Positions 24,001 to 33,295 of a stretch of DNA of 64,000 bases are shown piece after piece. Positions within the stretch are counted from its first letter, which is position 1. Every line of letters begins with the position of its first letter. The translations under genes were made by a program, and so were the position numbers. The stretch is from positions 3,488,001 through 3,552,000 of the forward strand of contig OZ257142.1 in assembly GCA_965279035.1 (NCBI GenBank), read 5' to 3'. This stretch comes from Bacteroidia bacterium (lineage in GTDB: Bacteria; Bacteroidota; Bacteroidia; M30B66). The notes beneath the pieces are model-generated. The model made no database searches, was not told where the DNA came from, and saw only the letters and a program-made list of their open reading frames with translations.

Positions 24001-25942
24001 AAGCTTGGATTTGCATTAATAATTGAATTCCACCTGAATTGGGCGGATTACCAAAGGGACATGAATTTAAATTGTAATCAAATGAAAAATTAACAACAGA
24101 ATCTAAACTAGACCCAAGTGGAATTGTTAATGTATAATTGATAAATGTACCATGATTCGGGTTACTTATAACGTTATCAATTGGAACTAAATCATTATTA
24201 ACATAAAGCTGCTGAACATTATAACTTAATGGATTAATTGCATCGTCTGGAACTGGAATATGGAATACTGCTCTGTATTTTATAGTTGAATCACATGCTA
24301 ATCCTAATATATTTGATGGAATAATGCCACTCGGATAAAAGGAATAACTGACTCTGTCAGGAGCCATATCATGATCAATGTTAACAAAAGCATCAATATA
24401 ATCACCACCAGACGAATCCTGAATACTTAAAGGTGTTATTGAAGAAATATAATCTGATTCGCAAGAATTTTTCCAATAAAGTTTTATCGGTGTGTTTGCA
24501 AATGAATTAATATTATTGATTACTTGATTACTTTTTCCTTGCAGATAGAATTGGGAATTAAAACAACTTTGCTGTTTATTGCAATCATAATTGAATTTAA
24601 TTCTTAAATAGAAAAAGTTAGAATTTAACCAAGGACCTTGTGTACTCAATTGTGTTGAATCGATATAACTTTGAAATCCTGGCCAAATATTAGATGAAGA
24701 AAAATTATTTATCAAATCAATAGATAAAATTGAATTATTTGGACTTAAAGAATCAATAGTAAAATCTATTGGACCTAGAATTGGAATCAAATTATTCAAT
24801 GAATTTCCTATAAATATGCTATCAACTCCAGATATGTAGTTTGCATTCAATGCAATATCTATACTATCAATGAGAGCAATAGGGCCAGTTTTGGAGATTA
24901 AAATATCGTAGTTGTACAACCCTCCACAACTTGGCTTAACAGTACTATCAGCAACACTTAAGTTGACATAAGTGTTTGCAAATGTTTGATTTCCAGAAAT
25001 CCTTCCATACATATTAGCTGAAGTGATATTATTACCTGAACAACAAATTCGCTCAATTTTTATAACACTAGATGTATTGGGTTGAACACAAAATAGCTGA
25101 ACCTTTTGTCTGAATTTAAGAGTTTTTAAATTATTGGTGATCGAATAGTAATTTGCTAACGTATTTAAGTTTATTGAGGAATTAATTATTGAAGAGCCAA
25201 TTGTGTTATTCAATGAAATATTGGGACTAATGCCATTAGAGGGATTATTATCCACTAAAATCAATTCTTGATGTTGGACATCGTTTTCTTGCTCAATAAC
25301 TAAATCAAAAGTATTAATTGAAGTTGAATTAACTTTTACTTCAAATTCACGGTAATATATTTCACCAGAATTTCCTTGATAATTACTTAACAGTGTTGGA
25401 GTGATTTGAAATGCGGGAGAAGAATTTTGAAATGTAACATAAGCAGGAGTGCCTGTTGATAATTGCATCGGTGAATTATTGAAAGAAAACGAGGGAACAC
25501 CAGAGTTATCTTCATAGTGTGCTTGAAATCTTAGATCTGATAAATTCAATACTGAACCATTTGCAGCTAAATCATTAAGACAATTAGACAATTGAAAAGT
25601 AAAGTTCAATTGTCCAGTATTTGAAACAGGAAAAGTAATTTCAACAAAACCGTTAGTACTATCAGTTACTACATAATTAGAAGGTAAAGTTGTTAAGTCA
25701 AAACTATTGGGGAAATATAAAACTATCGAATTTGTATTTTGAACACTATATGAAATATTCAAATTTAATTGAGATTCACAAGGATATAGAGGAACTTGCC
25801 CTGTAATTCCATTTCCTGTTGTAAATGAATTTACAAGAGTCTGACTTTGAATGCAAAAACTAGAAAACAATAAAAGAAAACTGAGAAGTAATCTAAATTT
25901 AACATTAAAAATGTTTCTATTTTTTAGGTAGATATTTTCCAT
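18062..25942 (-). CDS. Large (2626 aa) T9SS-sorted surface protein with a probable right-handed beta-helix region
   Basis: Signal peptide, Asn-ladder GI.....N repeats in the C-terminal third, YPNP...G.Y CTD. Confidence 0.85.
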   Translation of the reverse strand: MENIYLKNRNIFNVKFRLLLSFLLLFSSFCIQSQTLVNSFTTGNGITGQVPLYPCESQLNLNISYSVQNTNSIVLYFPNSFDLTTLPSNYVVTDSTNGFVEITFPVSNTGQLNFTFQLSNCLNDLAANGSVLNLSDLRFQAHYEDNSGVPSFSFNNSPMQLSTGTPAYVTFQNSSPAFQITPTLLSNYQGNSGEIYYREFEVKVNSTSINTFDLVIEQENDVQHQELILVDNNPSNGISPNISLNNTIGSSIINSSINLNTLANYYSITNNLKTLKFRQKVQLFCVQPNTSSVIKIERICCSGNNITSANMYGRISGNQTFANTYVNLSVADSTVKPSCGGLYNYDILISKTGPIALIDSIDIALNANYISGVDSIFIGNSLNNLIPILGPIDFTIDSLSPNNSILSIDLINNFSSSNIWPGFQSYIDSTQLSTQGPWLNSNFFYLRIKFNYDCNKQQSCFNSQFYLQGKSNQVINNINSFANTPIKLYWKNSCESDYISSITPLSIQDSSGGDYIDAFVNIDHDMAPDRVSYSFYPSGIIPSNILGLACDSTIKYRAVFHIPVPDDAINPLSYNVQQLYVNNDLVPIDNVISNPNHGTFINYTLTIPLGSSLDSVVNFSFDYNLNSCPFGNPPNSGGIQLLMQIQAFCASCEECYKTLACNTLNVVAHCPGECDGFVPMGTKSVNLERSTFGFRDTTDFPNTPILSRDELTLHIDSLIDISNPSLPSILRESIISNELTKLYPFDIVKLSSIGTLVSYPDLTVNGSSETFEFQNISFELAHTIIGDQPLLKLKNSELYFIDSIAADSFSVPLIVQNINPNNSSVFGMSGDTLYSFELGIDNLSALPQLNSINTHSYKLRLNAEFWVLPDVTTPINPVLFRGQFICSTNMDSQLTTYSCDPWGTQLKVLVPNKSISIITQNDSTSHCISEAHFKIRLSGGLGTFMDDFPYEFRPFIGYADTAYSSNFIEGFAIENGTDTLVYSDTLRKLWYPNQTFLHPLEKPGFQDIYIKANKFCSSGNDTIPHKLPFYDFAYISPLNYIDSDFIPTYLYVVDSLRLVDYSFYDSVDVSNHSQFDIQKVKTPYWIYTSPNVFNGLFLGLPMPNQIQGIAESDSVHFDLHIKSPDSLQIGNCWLSYGVSSLLPNAPNLPVTINPFSPTIPFLNDSLSVIDSLGVVYHFFQNGFPIDSMSTQLAIPVVCGIDNYRLSLNYGCFCITDSFEVFKENVNRAPQCFGGTSIVNFHRDTAYVNRSSQLIINNDSSGCDLTWLIDIDNPINRPNIVNGKLLINIPSGLILNTGSSTFEYFLAGDSLSSQSGNYLNDTIDPNYSFQFEDFPTPPTTVLVLAFPSVDTLHAGAHLQFALRFKLDQSTCNLSPSVFQSNFLYRILEATFTGYTECNDSALYTSNYLSQSFINNASPSTQSQISAMAGSPDCCLQSAATVSLKHPCNADSLGIISLHFTDSSDKHIQLYKIELDSILLVSDLTIQDTILNINVEQGLYSATVTTNGGLIYVFNALEIQNHGVQAHIILSQSSICGGSPISLHAVDSNATNNLGFNNSNPFIATDTLVTNAHTYQWSMNATADSLNNSIAYDSPNNDTSYTVIVSHLSGCIDTASIDVSINEISSANILQLGDSICASMNYLVSVSPVGGIFSINGLSNNSFVVDPSSYISDTLMLTYSFTNDSGCVSIDTAITISSNTLCNCQICDSLGTPLYIIPANVLTTSQLATSLGLSILSDKCIQLNHSLTVDNIFEFNNCDITIAGGKEIKVTGTLKLDSCNLKGCEQMWNGINNLGKLKISNCNIKDAHYGILLRRFGNAYSNVDNTIFENNFVAIKSGDELGEHPLALKSCSFIGGQLLQTFPNQSPLPLGYSLAGIVATNYYNLYVTSGSRFKNLCNGVILNKYAYAKVYQSKFDNIQPFGVNYQGSSYWLDNQISPISQFNNVSGNGIYASTNSFLFVGGFSQLEPNNWGNNTHFNNCNKGVFVNASDVHVRNCSFDNVNVGVRGLNLRAKSFKIMKNKIASKIQGVSLMQSDFMLNDTIGYNTITSLPLFSQLPQVSFNNGIFVSNQFMGRYTTILANKITSSFGISVNSATGIRIQSDTIVILPFTFFNSSWDIGGGIYMSNTNKSLVSCNFINGNTTTRQFGINLTNSRNGIIKNNYVNNSRYGFKIYGNCQTDSFKLNTIVNHQYGVDITATGILGNQINNGNKWTGGYIITPARRQSTNSANTTLNSFTVHNPSDLTIYPIFPPFQPFTGFCEGDFFYCDNSFNSPSEPYCSIISAPAFVTGASVKDQENLARLLAYDSLAFDPFTESVKFSLSKDIFQALNSQELILPDTGNFVSFIEAYQQSPAQNYVYVDQTQVINETSETTDQIKKGYLQEMKLVMSQIDILDSTIIADNLYDDEQTINQRAALVTIIYQLKLQLELIDNNVLDKQGFARDSSFLYNNGVVTNIEFEDFERRVNKIYLNTVAQNNLIFDEFQISELYEIAHLCPALGGSAVFKARSLYALINDTALYNDDGVCIQQGVMFRLSKTDMSNSNNNLNQFLRIYPNPTTGKFIIRSLLPGSNDFIIKIMNSMGQLIYNKSLRISGEFEVDILNPVAQGLYFIQVFDNSGLKVLNEKLIKR

Positions 25943-26094
25943 ACTGATTAAATTAAATTACTAAATGAGATTGGGGGCTAATTACTTTACCTTTCAGCTA
26001 AAATATAAAATCCTTTCAAATAGACAACAATTGTTCAAAAGTTTGTTTATAAGTCCTGTTTGATTCACCTGAAACGGGAACAACCGCTTAGGGC

Positions 26095-26220
26095 TAACGT
26101 TCCGCACACACCTGAAGAGCCAAATGAGGCGAACGAAATGCTTTAGATAAGACGAATATAACAAGAAAAACGAATGCCTCAAACTCCCGAAATGCTTGGC
26201 TTTGCTGGTGTGTGCTGTTA
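26095..26220. repeat. attC-like repeat 6 (family B)
   Basis: taac...gtta palindrome. Confidence 0.88.
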
Positions 26221-26374
26221 GCGGTTCGTTGTTTTTTGTTCATTGATTATCAATGTTATTTTCCAGAAATAAACAATTTGTATACTGCAAGAATGATAAT
26301 TGCAAATGTAATTGTGCCTAAAATAAAGGCAACCTTTTTCATTCTTTGTTTATTTTCTTGTTTCATTTCTTGAT

Positions 26375-27127
26375 TTATTTATTTTTTCTTCCAAGTTTTA
26401 ATATCAATCTCCATGTTACTGTTTTTTCTTCGCTTGCATTAGTCCATGCCGACAGAAGTTTATGAAACAATTCATCTGTAGGGTTAATTTGATTTTCATT
26501 AATGAATCGTTGAGTGGCTGACCACGTATTTAAATAACCAATGAAATCATACAAAGTCATTGATTTTTCATAAAAATAATCTGGAGCATTAATTTTCTGA
26601 AATGGAAATGGAATGGTTCGGTATTCTTTTTCCACTATTCTATTTTCTACGAGCCAATAGTTATCCAAGGTATTGTAGTGAAAATGATTTACAATTTCAT
26701 CAACTTCTTTTGAAACAGTTGGAATACCATAACACCAAGCTGCAATAATTCCGTTTGGCTTCAATACTCTATTTACTTCTTTATAAAACACATCGAAATT
26801 GAACCAATGTAAGGCATTAGCAATAGTAATTAGGTCAACTGAATTTTTTAGAATAGAATTATTTTCTGCTGTTTCTACTAAATATTTCACATTTGGATGT
26901 GGCAAACAATGTTTGATTTGTTTTTCGCTTGGGTCGGTTGCAATTACTTGCTCATAATGTTCTGCTAATCCAATTGCTGCTTGTCCATTACCAGTTCCAC
27001 AATCCCAAACCAACTTATGTTCTTTTGACAGCAATGCTAAAAACGAATAAAGTTCATTCGGGTAAAGTGGACGATACTTTACATAAATATCCGACTGTTT
27101 TGAAAAATTATCTTTAAAAAGTGCCAT
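26375..27127 (-). CDS. Class I SAM-dependent methyltransferase
   Basis: WDCGTGNG motif I; ALHWF. Confidence 0.88.
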   Translation of the reverse strand: MALFKDNFSKQSDIYVKYRPLYPNELYSFLALLSKEHKLVWDCGTGNGQAAIGLAEHYEQVIATDPSEKQIKHCLPHPNVKYLVETAENNSILKNSVDLITIANALHWFNFDVFYKEVNRVLKPNGIIAAWCYGIPTVSKEVDEIVNHFHYNTLDNYWLVENRIVEKEYRTIPFPFQKINAPDYFYEKSMTLYDFIGYLNTWSATQRFINENQINPTDELFHKLLSAWTNASEEKTVTWRLILKLGRKNK

Positions 27128-27134
27128 TGCTATT

Positions 27135-27689
27135 TTAATTCAGTTTGTAAAAAGGTTCAATGATTTTCCATTTTGTTCCTTCGGGTTGATTGTAATTGTA
27201 TTCTTCAAATGCTCCTCCCCAAACATTGTTTGGATATTTAATGAGTTGGTCAATGATTAAAACCATTGTTGGATATGGAATTATTCTTTTTGCTTCTTCT
27301 AATGAAAACCATTTTGTTCGTGTTGTATCTGAAAAAGAATTTCCGTTTGTGTAGCCAGTGAAATGAACTACATAAATTGGTTTAACTGTTACTCTGTATC
27401 GGTTTGGTTTTTGGTAAGTGAACATTCCCCCCAATTTATAAGTGTCGTATTTGAAGCCAAGATAAATTGCAACTGAATCCATTAAGTTTTTTAAAGTGAT
27501 TGGCCCCTCGTAACCAACTCCTTCTAATTCCCAAGCTTGATAACTGTTGTCATAGCGTAAAAGAATTTGTTTACTGTCATTCATCACTAAATACTTTGTC
27601 CATGTAGTTGTGATGCTGTCAGCTCTTGTTTGTGAAAAGCAATGAAATGAGACTAATAAAATAAGTGTTGTTGCCAAAATATTTTTCAT
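27135..27689 (-). CDS. Secreted hypothetical protein
   Basis: Signal peptide, 184 aa, in the same cassette as the methyltransferase. Confidence 0.7.
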   Translation of the reverse strand: MKNILATTLILLVSFHCFSQTRADSITTTWTKYLVMNDSKQILLRYDNSYQAWELEGVGYEGPITLKNLMDSVAIYLGFKYDTYKLGGMFTYQKPNRYRVTVKPIYVVHFTGYTNGNSFSDTTRTKWFSLEEAKRIIPYPTMVLIIDQLIKYPNNVWGGAFEEYNYNQPEGTKWKIIEPFYKLN

Positions 27690-27776
27690 TGTCGTTTTAT
27701 TTGTTAAAGTTAAATTTTTGTCTGCTCGCTTTTTGCATAAATGTTTGGGTTAGTAGCGTTGCTTTACAATGACCGC

Positions 27777-27903
27777 TAACGCTCCGCGTGCAACTCGAGG
27801 TTTGGGAATTGGTCAGCAGAATGCTTTAGATTAGACGAATATAGCAAGAAAATTGAAATGATTTAACCGAGCAGAATGCCCAAATCTTGAGTGCACGCTG
27901 TTA
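27777..27903. repeat. attC-like repeat 7 (family A)
   Basis: Copy of repeat 2. Confidence 0.88.
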
Positions 27904-28348
27904 TAAGATGCGCGCCAACTCAGCAAATGCGTGACTAGCAATGTTCAATCAAAATAAGACATTCCAAAATCTCATTACAAAGAAGCTTTCCCAAAACTCA
28001 GAGCAGATTTGTTTGCATTCTAAGCTGAATATAGAATTTGAAACTCTATAATGCCTTTCCTTCATTCTCATTCTCGAGGCCATTTTTTATGGATCTCGCT
28101 TACCAAACTAGTAAAGGCATTTCAATTCGATTTCATTCTAGTAAAATATCAAGCAAACATAGCCGTGAATAATATTTCTGCTGAATTTGAGTTCCGCCCT
28201 TTTCAATGGCTTATTTTGAACTTGTAAAATCTAAGGCGATTTTATTCTATTCGATTCCAGCTAAAAATAGCTTTTGCAAATTGTCTAGAAAATCCATTTG
28301 TGCAAAATGATAGCCGACTTTGCGGAAGAGATTCGCGTTTCTTATAAC
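27900..28348. repeat. Non-coding cassette X, copy 2
   Basis: Homologous to 15482-15928. Confidence 0.85.
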
Positions 28349-28471
28349 GCTCCGCGTGCAACTCGAGGTTTGGGAATTGGTCAGCAGAATGCTTTAGATT
28401 AGACGAATATAGCAAGAAAATTGAAATGATTTAACCGAGCAGAATGCCCAAATCTTGAGTGCACGCTGTTA
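28345..28471. repeat. attC-like repeat 8 (family A)
   Basis: Copy of repeat 2. Confidence 0.88.
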
Positions 28472-28852
28472 TTTGATGCGCGCCAAGTCCGATTCAGTTC
28501 TAGCAAACTTTCCAAGCAAAAAAAGCGACTTGAATACACATTCTGAAATAAGGCCAATAACCATTCATCAAATTTCCTGTGTTTGTCGCCATCAATTCTC
28601 TAGTTTATTTCAATTGTCCTTTAACTTGATCTCATATGCAGTTAATTCCAGGCATATGGCGACAAACTTTTTAAAAAACCTCTCAAATGGTTTTTGCCTT
28701 TCCCTCAAATGCCGAGCTTTTTTTTCAAGAGCGATTAGACATTCGTTTATTACTTTATTATTTCCTGATAGCCGAAACTTCCTTTCGCCTTGAATGAATT
28801 ATCTGACCACAATGCGAATGGCGAGTTTGGAAAATTTCGCGTTTCAAATAAC
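28468..28852. repeat. Non-coding cassette Y, copy 2
   Basis: Homologous to 16046-16430. Confidence 0.85.
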
Positions 28853-28974
28853 GTTTTGCGGGTTTAAGAAGTTGGCGATTTCGGAGCACAAAACTGTCAA
28901 CCTGCACGAATGTTTGATTGGAAAACTGAACTTCAATTAACCACTGAACCGCCAATTTCTTAAACCCGCTGTTA
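28849..28974. repeat. attC-like repeat 9 (family D)
   Basis: taac-gtttt-gcgggtttaagaagttggcg...cgccaatttcttaaacccgc-t-gtta. Confidence 0.88.
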
Positions 28975-29148
28975 CCGGATGCCCTTCTATCTATCCTAAG
29001 CGTTGAATTGTCAATTTTGCAACCACAATTTTCAAAGTGTTTAGCAGTTAGGGTGTTGTCTGTCAAAGTTTGCAGTGGTGTGGTGGAATGAAGTTTTATT
29101 TTTTTGTGCGGTGGGGATTTTTGTTTTTAAATTTTATTTGGGGTGGAA

Positions 29149-29217
29149 AAATAAATACTCTCTTACAAGTTTTGGTTTCAGCGTGGGGCTGTGGGACTTG
29201 TAAGAGTGTATTTATTT
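29149..29217. terminator. Strong hairpin downstream of the multi-gene cassette operon
   Basis: aaataaatactctcttacaagt / acttgtaagagtgtatttattt inverted repeat; function inferred. Confidence 0.4.
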
Positions 29218-29303
29218 GCGCGAGGGCTTTTTGATTCAACATCAATTTATAAGAAATACGAGATTTATACTTCAATGATAGAAAAAAATTCCTTTCGAAG
29301 AAC

Positions 29304-29705
29304 CTAAACCTTATCTATTTTTTTCTTGCCTGTGAGAAGGATATACATAATGTATAAAGCAACCATAAAGGAATCAGCAATCACTGCTGTTCCTGCTCCA
29401 AATCCCATGTAACTTTCAGTTGAAGAAAGCACGAGGACAATGAATATAACTTTGCTGCTTCCAGCAATTACAAGAACAAATCGCCTTACCGATTCTGTAA
29501 ATGCTCCGTAGATAAGCATCATGCCAATAAGTCCAATTAATGCTCCCCAATTGCGAACAATGATTTCGGATAGATTGCCTTCTATTGTTTGCCCAAAATT
29601 TGATTGAAGCGAAGCTTGAGGCGAGATTAATGCCAGGAGCATTGTACAGGTTAAAAGTCCTGAAACAAGCATAACCCATTTGAAGTTTGATACGAAGAAA
29701 CGCAT
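29304..29705 (-). CDS. Small membrane protein
   Basis: Four hydrophobic segments. Confidence 0.75.
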   Translation of the reverse strand: MRFFVSNFKWVMLVSGLLTCTMLLALISPQASLQSNFGQTIEGNLSEIIVRNWGALIGLIGMMLIYGAFTESVRRFVLVIAGSSKVIFIVLVLSSTESYMGFGAGTAVIADSFMVALYIMYILLTGKKKIDKV

Positions 29706-29736
29706 AGCTTAAGAGTTTTTATTTTGTGAAATATTA

Positions 29737-30447
29737 TTATTCAATTACAAGTTCTTTCTTTTTAAGAAACATAATTCCAACTACAATCAGCCAAACCAAC
29801 CAAAGGGTGCTTCCGATAAAACCTGCCATGTCCCATACAGGAAAATCGGGCATCACCGTTGCAAATAATTCTGCTTGTGCTAACAAATAAATAAACGAAC
29901 TGATGAAGCCAAGCCAGTTAACCCATTTAGGAATCAGGTTTAATTTGCCAAATGAAAAGGAAATCATAACTGTCCATGCAATGGTAAATAACTGTCCTAA
30001 ATGCTCACCTAAAATAACTCCACCATATTGATGAATTGTTTTGAAGGCAACAATAGCAGCAGCTTTTGTTGGTTCATCAACAGCGGTAACAAATGTGTTT
30101 GCCAAAACAGGCACAACAAATGTCCAACGCAATAAGCCAATCATTTGAACGATTAAACCAATAACTCCAATGTTGGTAGCAACTCGAACCAAAGAAGTTT
30201 TATTTTCCAATTGTTGACCTAAGAGAATATAAGCAGGTAATAATGGAATACCAGTGATGGCAAAAGCAAACCATGTCCAAATTAAATTATTACCACCTTG
30301 ATGAAATTTTGTGAGAATGGTAGCAGTGTCCTGTCTTAGTATGACAGGATACTCAAAAATGATTGTTAGAATAGTGTAAGGGATAAATAATGCGATAGCA
30401 CCAGCTATCAATAAGTATCCGATTGTTTTGTAATTATTCTTTTTCAT
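29737..30447 (-). CDS. DUF4386-like membrane protein
   Basis: Multi-TM; F.YP.ILR and GLLRW.FVVP.LA motifs. Confidence 0.7.
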   Translation of the reverse strand: MKKNNYKTIGYLLIAGAIALFIPYTILTIIFEYPVILRQDTATILTKFHQGGNNLIWTWFAFAITGIPLLPAYILLGQQLENKTSLVRVATNIGVIGLIVQMIGLLRWTFVVPVLANTFVTAVDEPTKAAAIVAFKTIHQYGGVILGEHLGQLFTIAWTVMISFSFGKLNLIPKWVNWLGFISSFIYLLAQAELFATVMPDFPVWDMAGFIGSTLWLVWLIVVGIMFLKKKELVIE

Positions 30448-30452
30448 GATTT

Positions 30453-30911
30453 TTATTTTTTATTAAAGAAGAATGAATAACTGATTCCACCTGCGGGATT
30501 AAACTTTAAACTTTCGCCTTCGGCTGCAACTGAAATAGCACCAATGCGAAGGTTAAGCCCTTTCCAAATCATCCAACGAAAGCCTACTTCCGTTCCTAAC
30601 GCATTTTTGTCTTTATAGTCATGGTCTAATCCTCTCATGTAAGATGCACCTGCATAGAATGAGGAAGGATTTTCTTTTTTGCCAACAGGAAGAAACCAAT
30701 AGGTAAGACCTGTTTTGACAAAGTTGTTGGTTACGCCTGAAAATGCGGTAAGGTAATATCCTGCATGGACGGAAACCTGTTGATACCTGAATTCTGCACC
30801 AATTGATGGCGCACGAAAGGCGTTAATACTTAATTCGCTTTTTGAAAAGCGACTCTGCGAATAGGCAGATGTTGACAATAATAACATGAGTAACATAATT
30901 TGTTTTTTCAT
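30453..30911 (-). CDS. Small outer-membrane beta-barrel-like protein
   Basis: Signal peptide, alternating beta strands, C-terminal aromatic residues. Confidence 0.6.
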   Translation of the reverse strand: MKKQIMLLMLLLSTSAYSQSRFSKSELSINAFRAPSIGAEFRYQQVSVHAGYYLTAFSGVTNNFVKTGLTYWFLPVGKKENPSSFYAGASYMRGLDHDYKDKNALGTEVGFRWMIWKGLNLRIGAISVAAEGESLKFNPAGGISYSFFFNKK

Positions 30912-30948
30912 TTTTATTTTTGATTTTTAATTGTGAATGATTAATTAT

Positions 30949-31515
30949 TTAATTATTGATTTTGTTTTTTGAATTTATCTGCTTCCAGTCGTTGTAAAGA
31001 AAAATTCCCCACACCACCTCAACAGTTTGGAGCATGGCATACCCTGATGATAATGCCCAACCAAAATACGATTGACCCGATTGAACATTGATAAACACTA
31101 ATAGAAAAAGGATGCTTGGAATTAATCCTGTTATCCGCAGCCACATAGGATAAAGACTGCACCAAAACATGAAAATGAAAGATGGTATCATTGGTATTGC
31201 CATCATTATACCTCTGTCAGCATTTATTCCAACCTTATTCAATGATGATAAAGAAATGCCATGTGCAATACCAAGTAAAATATATGCAGATGCTGATACA
31301 TGCTGTCCACGCAGCCCTGTATATCTTGCAGCCATCACCGATGCTGAAATTGCGAACGCATTTGCAATTTGATAGTGTAACAATTCATAGCTTAAACTAT
31401 TGCTGAACAGATAGCCAACTGAAGTGCATATTAAATTTAAGCTATACCCAATGAGTATAATTAATACAAGGCTTTTGTTTTCAAAATCACTTTTGCTCAT
31501 AGCAGTTGAATTCAT
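30949..31515 (-). CDS. Membrane protein
   Basis: Multi-TM ORF in operon. Confidence 0.7.
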   Translation of the reverse strand: MNSTAMSKSDFENKSLVLIILIGYSLNLICTSVGYLFSNSLSYELLHYQIANAFAISASVMAARYTGLRGQHVSASAYILLGIAHGISLSSLNKVGINADRGIMMAIPMIPSFIFMFWCSLYPMWLRITGLIPSILFLLVFINVQSGQSYFGWALSSGYAMLQTVEVVWGIFLYNDWKQINSKNKINN

Positions 31516-31547
31516 TGTAGCAGTTTTTAAATTTTACAAATGATTTA

Positions 31548-32117
31548 TTATTTCTGTTGTTGTTTATCTTCTGATTTCTTTTTTAGTTCAGCAAGCCAAA
31601 CATTATGCATCTTTCTTAATTTATTCGGTTGAACTATTTTTTCCAAAGAAGTAAGCCAGCCGTTTTGAGATTCATCAACAATTACTTTGCAGCCTTTTTC
31701 TGTCGGCACAATCAACCAAACAGTATAGGCTTGAACACTTTTCTTTTTTGATTCCCAAGCCAACAAATTATTTGGCTCATATTGCTTAATGGAAGATTGA
31801 AATTTCATTCCCATTGTGTGCCAATTAAAAACTGAATTGGATTCTAATATTGTGTCAGTAAGATTTGCATACGAGACATTTTTTGCACCTCTATACCATT
31901 CTTCCCACTTTAAAGCATCAATTAAAAATTCCCAAACAATATTTGCAGAAGCATTTATTTCTATTTCGTTGTGAACAAAGAATTTGCCTTTGTCGGGATT
32001 ATATTCATCTGTCCAATTAATTTTTTCAGAATTGTTTTGATTCAGATTCTCCTGTGCCAATAGACTTGCGTTTAGCACTAAGGAGATTAATATAGTTGTG
32101 AAAATGTATTTTATCAT
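31548..32117 (-). CDS. SRPBCC (START/polyketide cyclase-like) protein with signal peptide
   Basis: EIEINAS...VW..L.D...W..W motif. Confidence 0.78.
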   Translation of the reverse strand: MIKYIFTTILISLVLNASLLAQENLNQNNSEKINWTDEYNPDKGKFFVHNEIEINASANIVWEFLIDALKWEEWYRGAKNVSYANLTDTILESNSVFNWHTMGMKFQSSIKQYEPNNLLAWESKKKSVQAYTVWLIVPTEKGCKVIVDESQNGWLTSLEKIVQPNKLRKMHNVWLAELKKKSEDKQQQK

Positions 32118-32225
32118 TTCAAATAATTTATTCTGTTGTTATTGAATTGCTATTAGAATGCGAGGGCATAGAAACAGTGTCATACAAAGAATTCCTTTTA
32201 CATATGTTGAGGAAATGAAAAATCT

Positions 32226-32633
32226 TTATGTATTGTCAGGTAAGAGGTTCTTATCTGTGAAGATAAATTCCCACAGATGTCCGTCTAAGTCGGCAAAACT
32301 GTGCTGATACATCCATCCATGATTCTGTGGTTCGGAATAGATGTGAGCACCTAATTGTTGTGCTTTTGAAATGATGTTTTGAATATCCTGCTTTGATTCA
32401 GCATCCAAAGAAATCAGCACTTCGTTAAATGCTTTAGTGTCACTAATATTCTTCTTAGTGAATGTTTTAAAATATTCTTCTTTAAGCAGCATAACAAATA
32501 TGTTATCGCTGATAATTATGCAGGCTGCAAGTTCATCCGAGATTTGGTCATTGAAGCGATAACCAAGGTTTGAGAAAAAGGATTTTGATTTTTCAATATC
32601 CTTTACAGGTAAGTTAATAAATACTTTTGTTGC
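32226..32633 (-). CDS. VOC/glyoxalase family protein
   Basis: INLPVKD..KS..FF..LG and F.DLDGHLWE; likely start MATKVF. Confidence 0.88.
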   Translation of the reverse strand, partial: ATKVFINLPVKDIEKSKSFFSNLGYRFNDQISDELAACIIISDNIFVMLLKEEYFKTFTKKNISDTKAFNEVLISLDAESKQDIQNIISKAQQLGAHIYSEPQNHGWMYQHSFADLDGHLWEFIFTDKNLLPDNT

Positions 32634-32714
32634 CATTATTTTAGTGAGATAATGGCGCAAAGGTGCGATGGGGATTTTTTAAAACCCTTTACCTATGTTG
32701 AGAAAACGAAGTAT

Positions 32715-33293
32715 TTATTTATTTGCAAATAATATTCTGCTTAGCTGTGTTGGAGTAATTCCTAAATAAGAAGCAATGTGATGTTTCTTCAGTCGCTTTA
32801 CTAATTGCGGATATTTTTCTAAAAATTCTCCATACCTGACTTTCGCATCAAAATGTCGCAATGAAATTTCCAAAGGCTCTTTTTCAATAATCCAATGCTG
32901 CTCCATGTATTTTATGTAGAATGCTGCTATATCGCTATGCTCCGAAACTAATTTTTTAAATTCAAAAAAGTTGTAAGTTAAAACATCACTTTTTTCAATG
33001 GCGATTATGTTATACATACTTTGCGTATCGCTTAACATAGCTCCCACAGATGCAGCAAGCCGCTGTTCAGGAAAAAAAACTTTAATGACAATATCACCTG
33101 TGTTGGATGTGTATGACTGGTACATCAACCCTTTAACAACAAATCCAACTTCTTTTGGATACTGACCTTCGGTAACAAAATAATCACCTCTCTTATAGGT
33201 TTTCAAACGCAATAATTTTGACCATGCCGATTCGGCTTGTTCAGAAATATTGTGATAGCTTCTTATTTTTTTAAAAAATAGTTCAGTACTCAT
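32715..33293 (-). CDS. Crp/Fnr family transcriptional regulator
   Basis: cNMP domain plus HIASYLGITP..LSRI HTH. Confidence 0.9.
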   Translation of the reverse strand: MSTELFFKKIRSYHNISEQAESAWSKLLRLKTYKRGDYFVTEGQYPKEVGFVVKGLMYQSYTSNTGDIVIKVFFPEQRLAASVGAMLSDTQSMYNIIAIEKSDVLTYNFFEFKKLVSEHSDIAAFYIKYMEQHWIIEKEPLEISLRHFDAKVRYGEFLEKYPQLVKRLKKHHIASYLGITPTQLSRILFANK

Positions 33294-33295
33294 TG

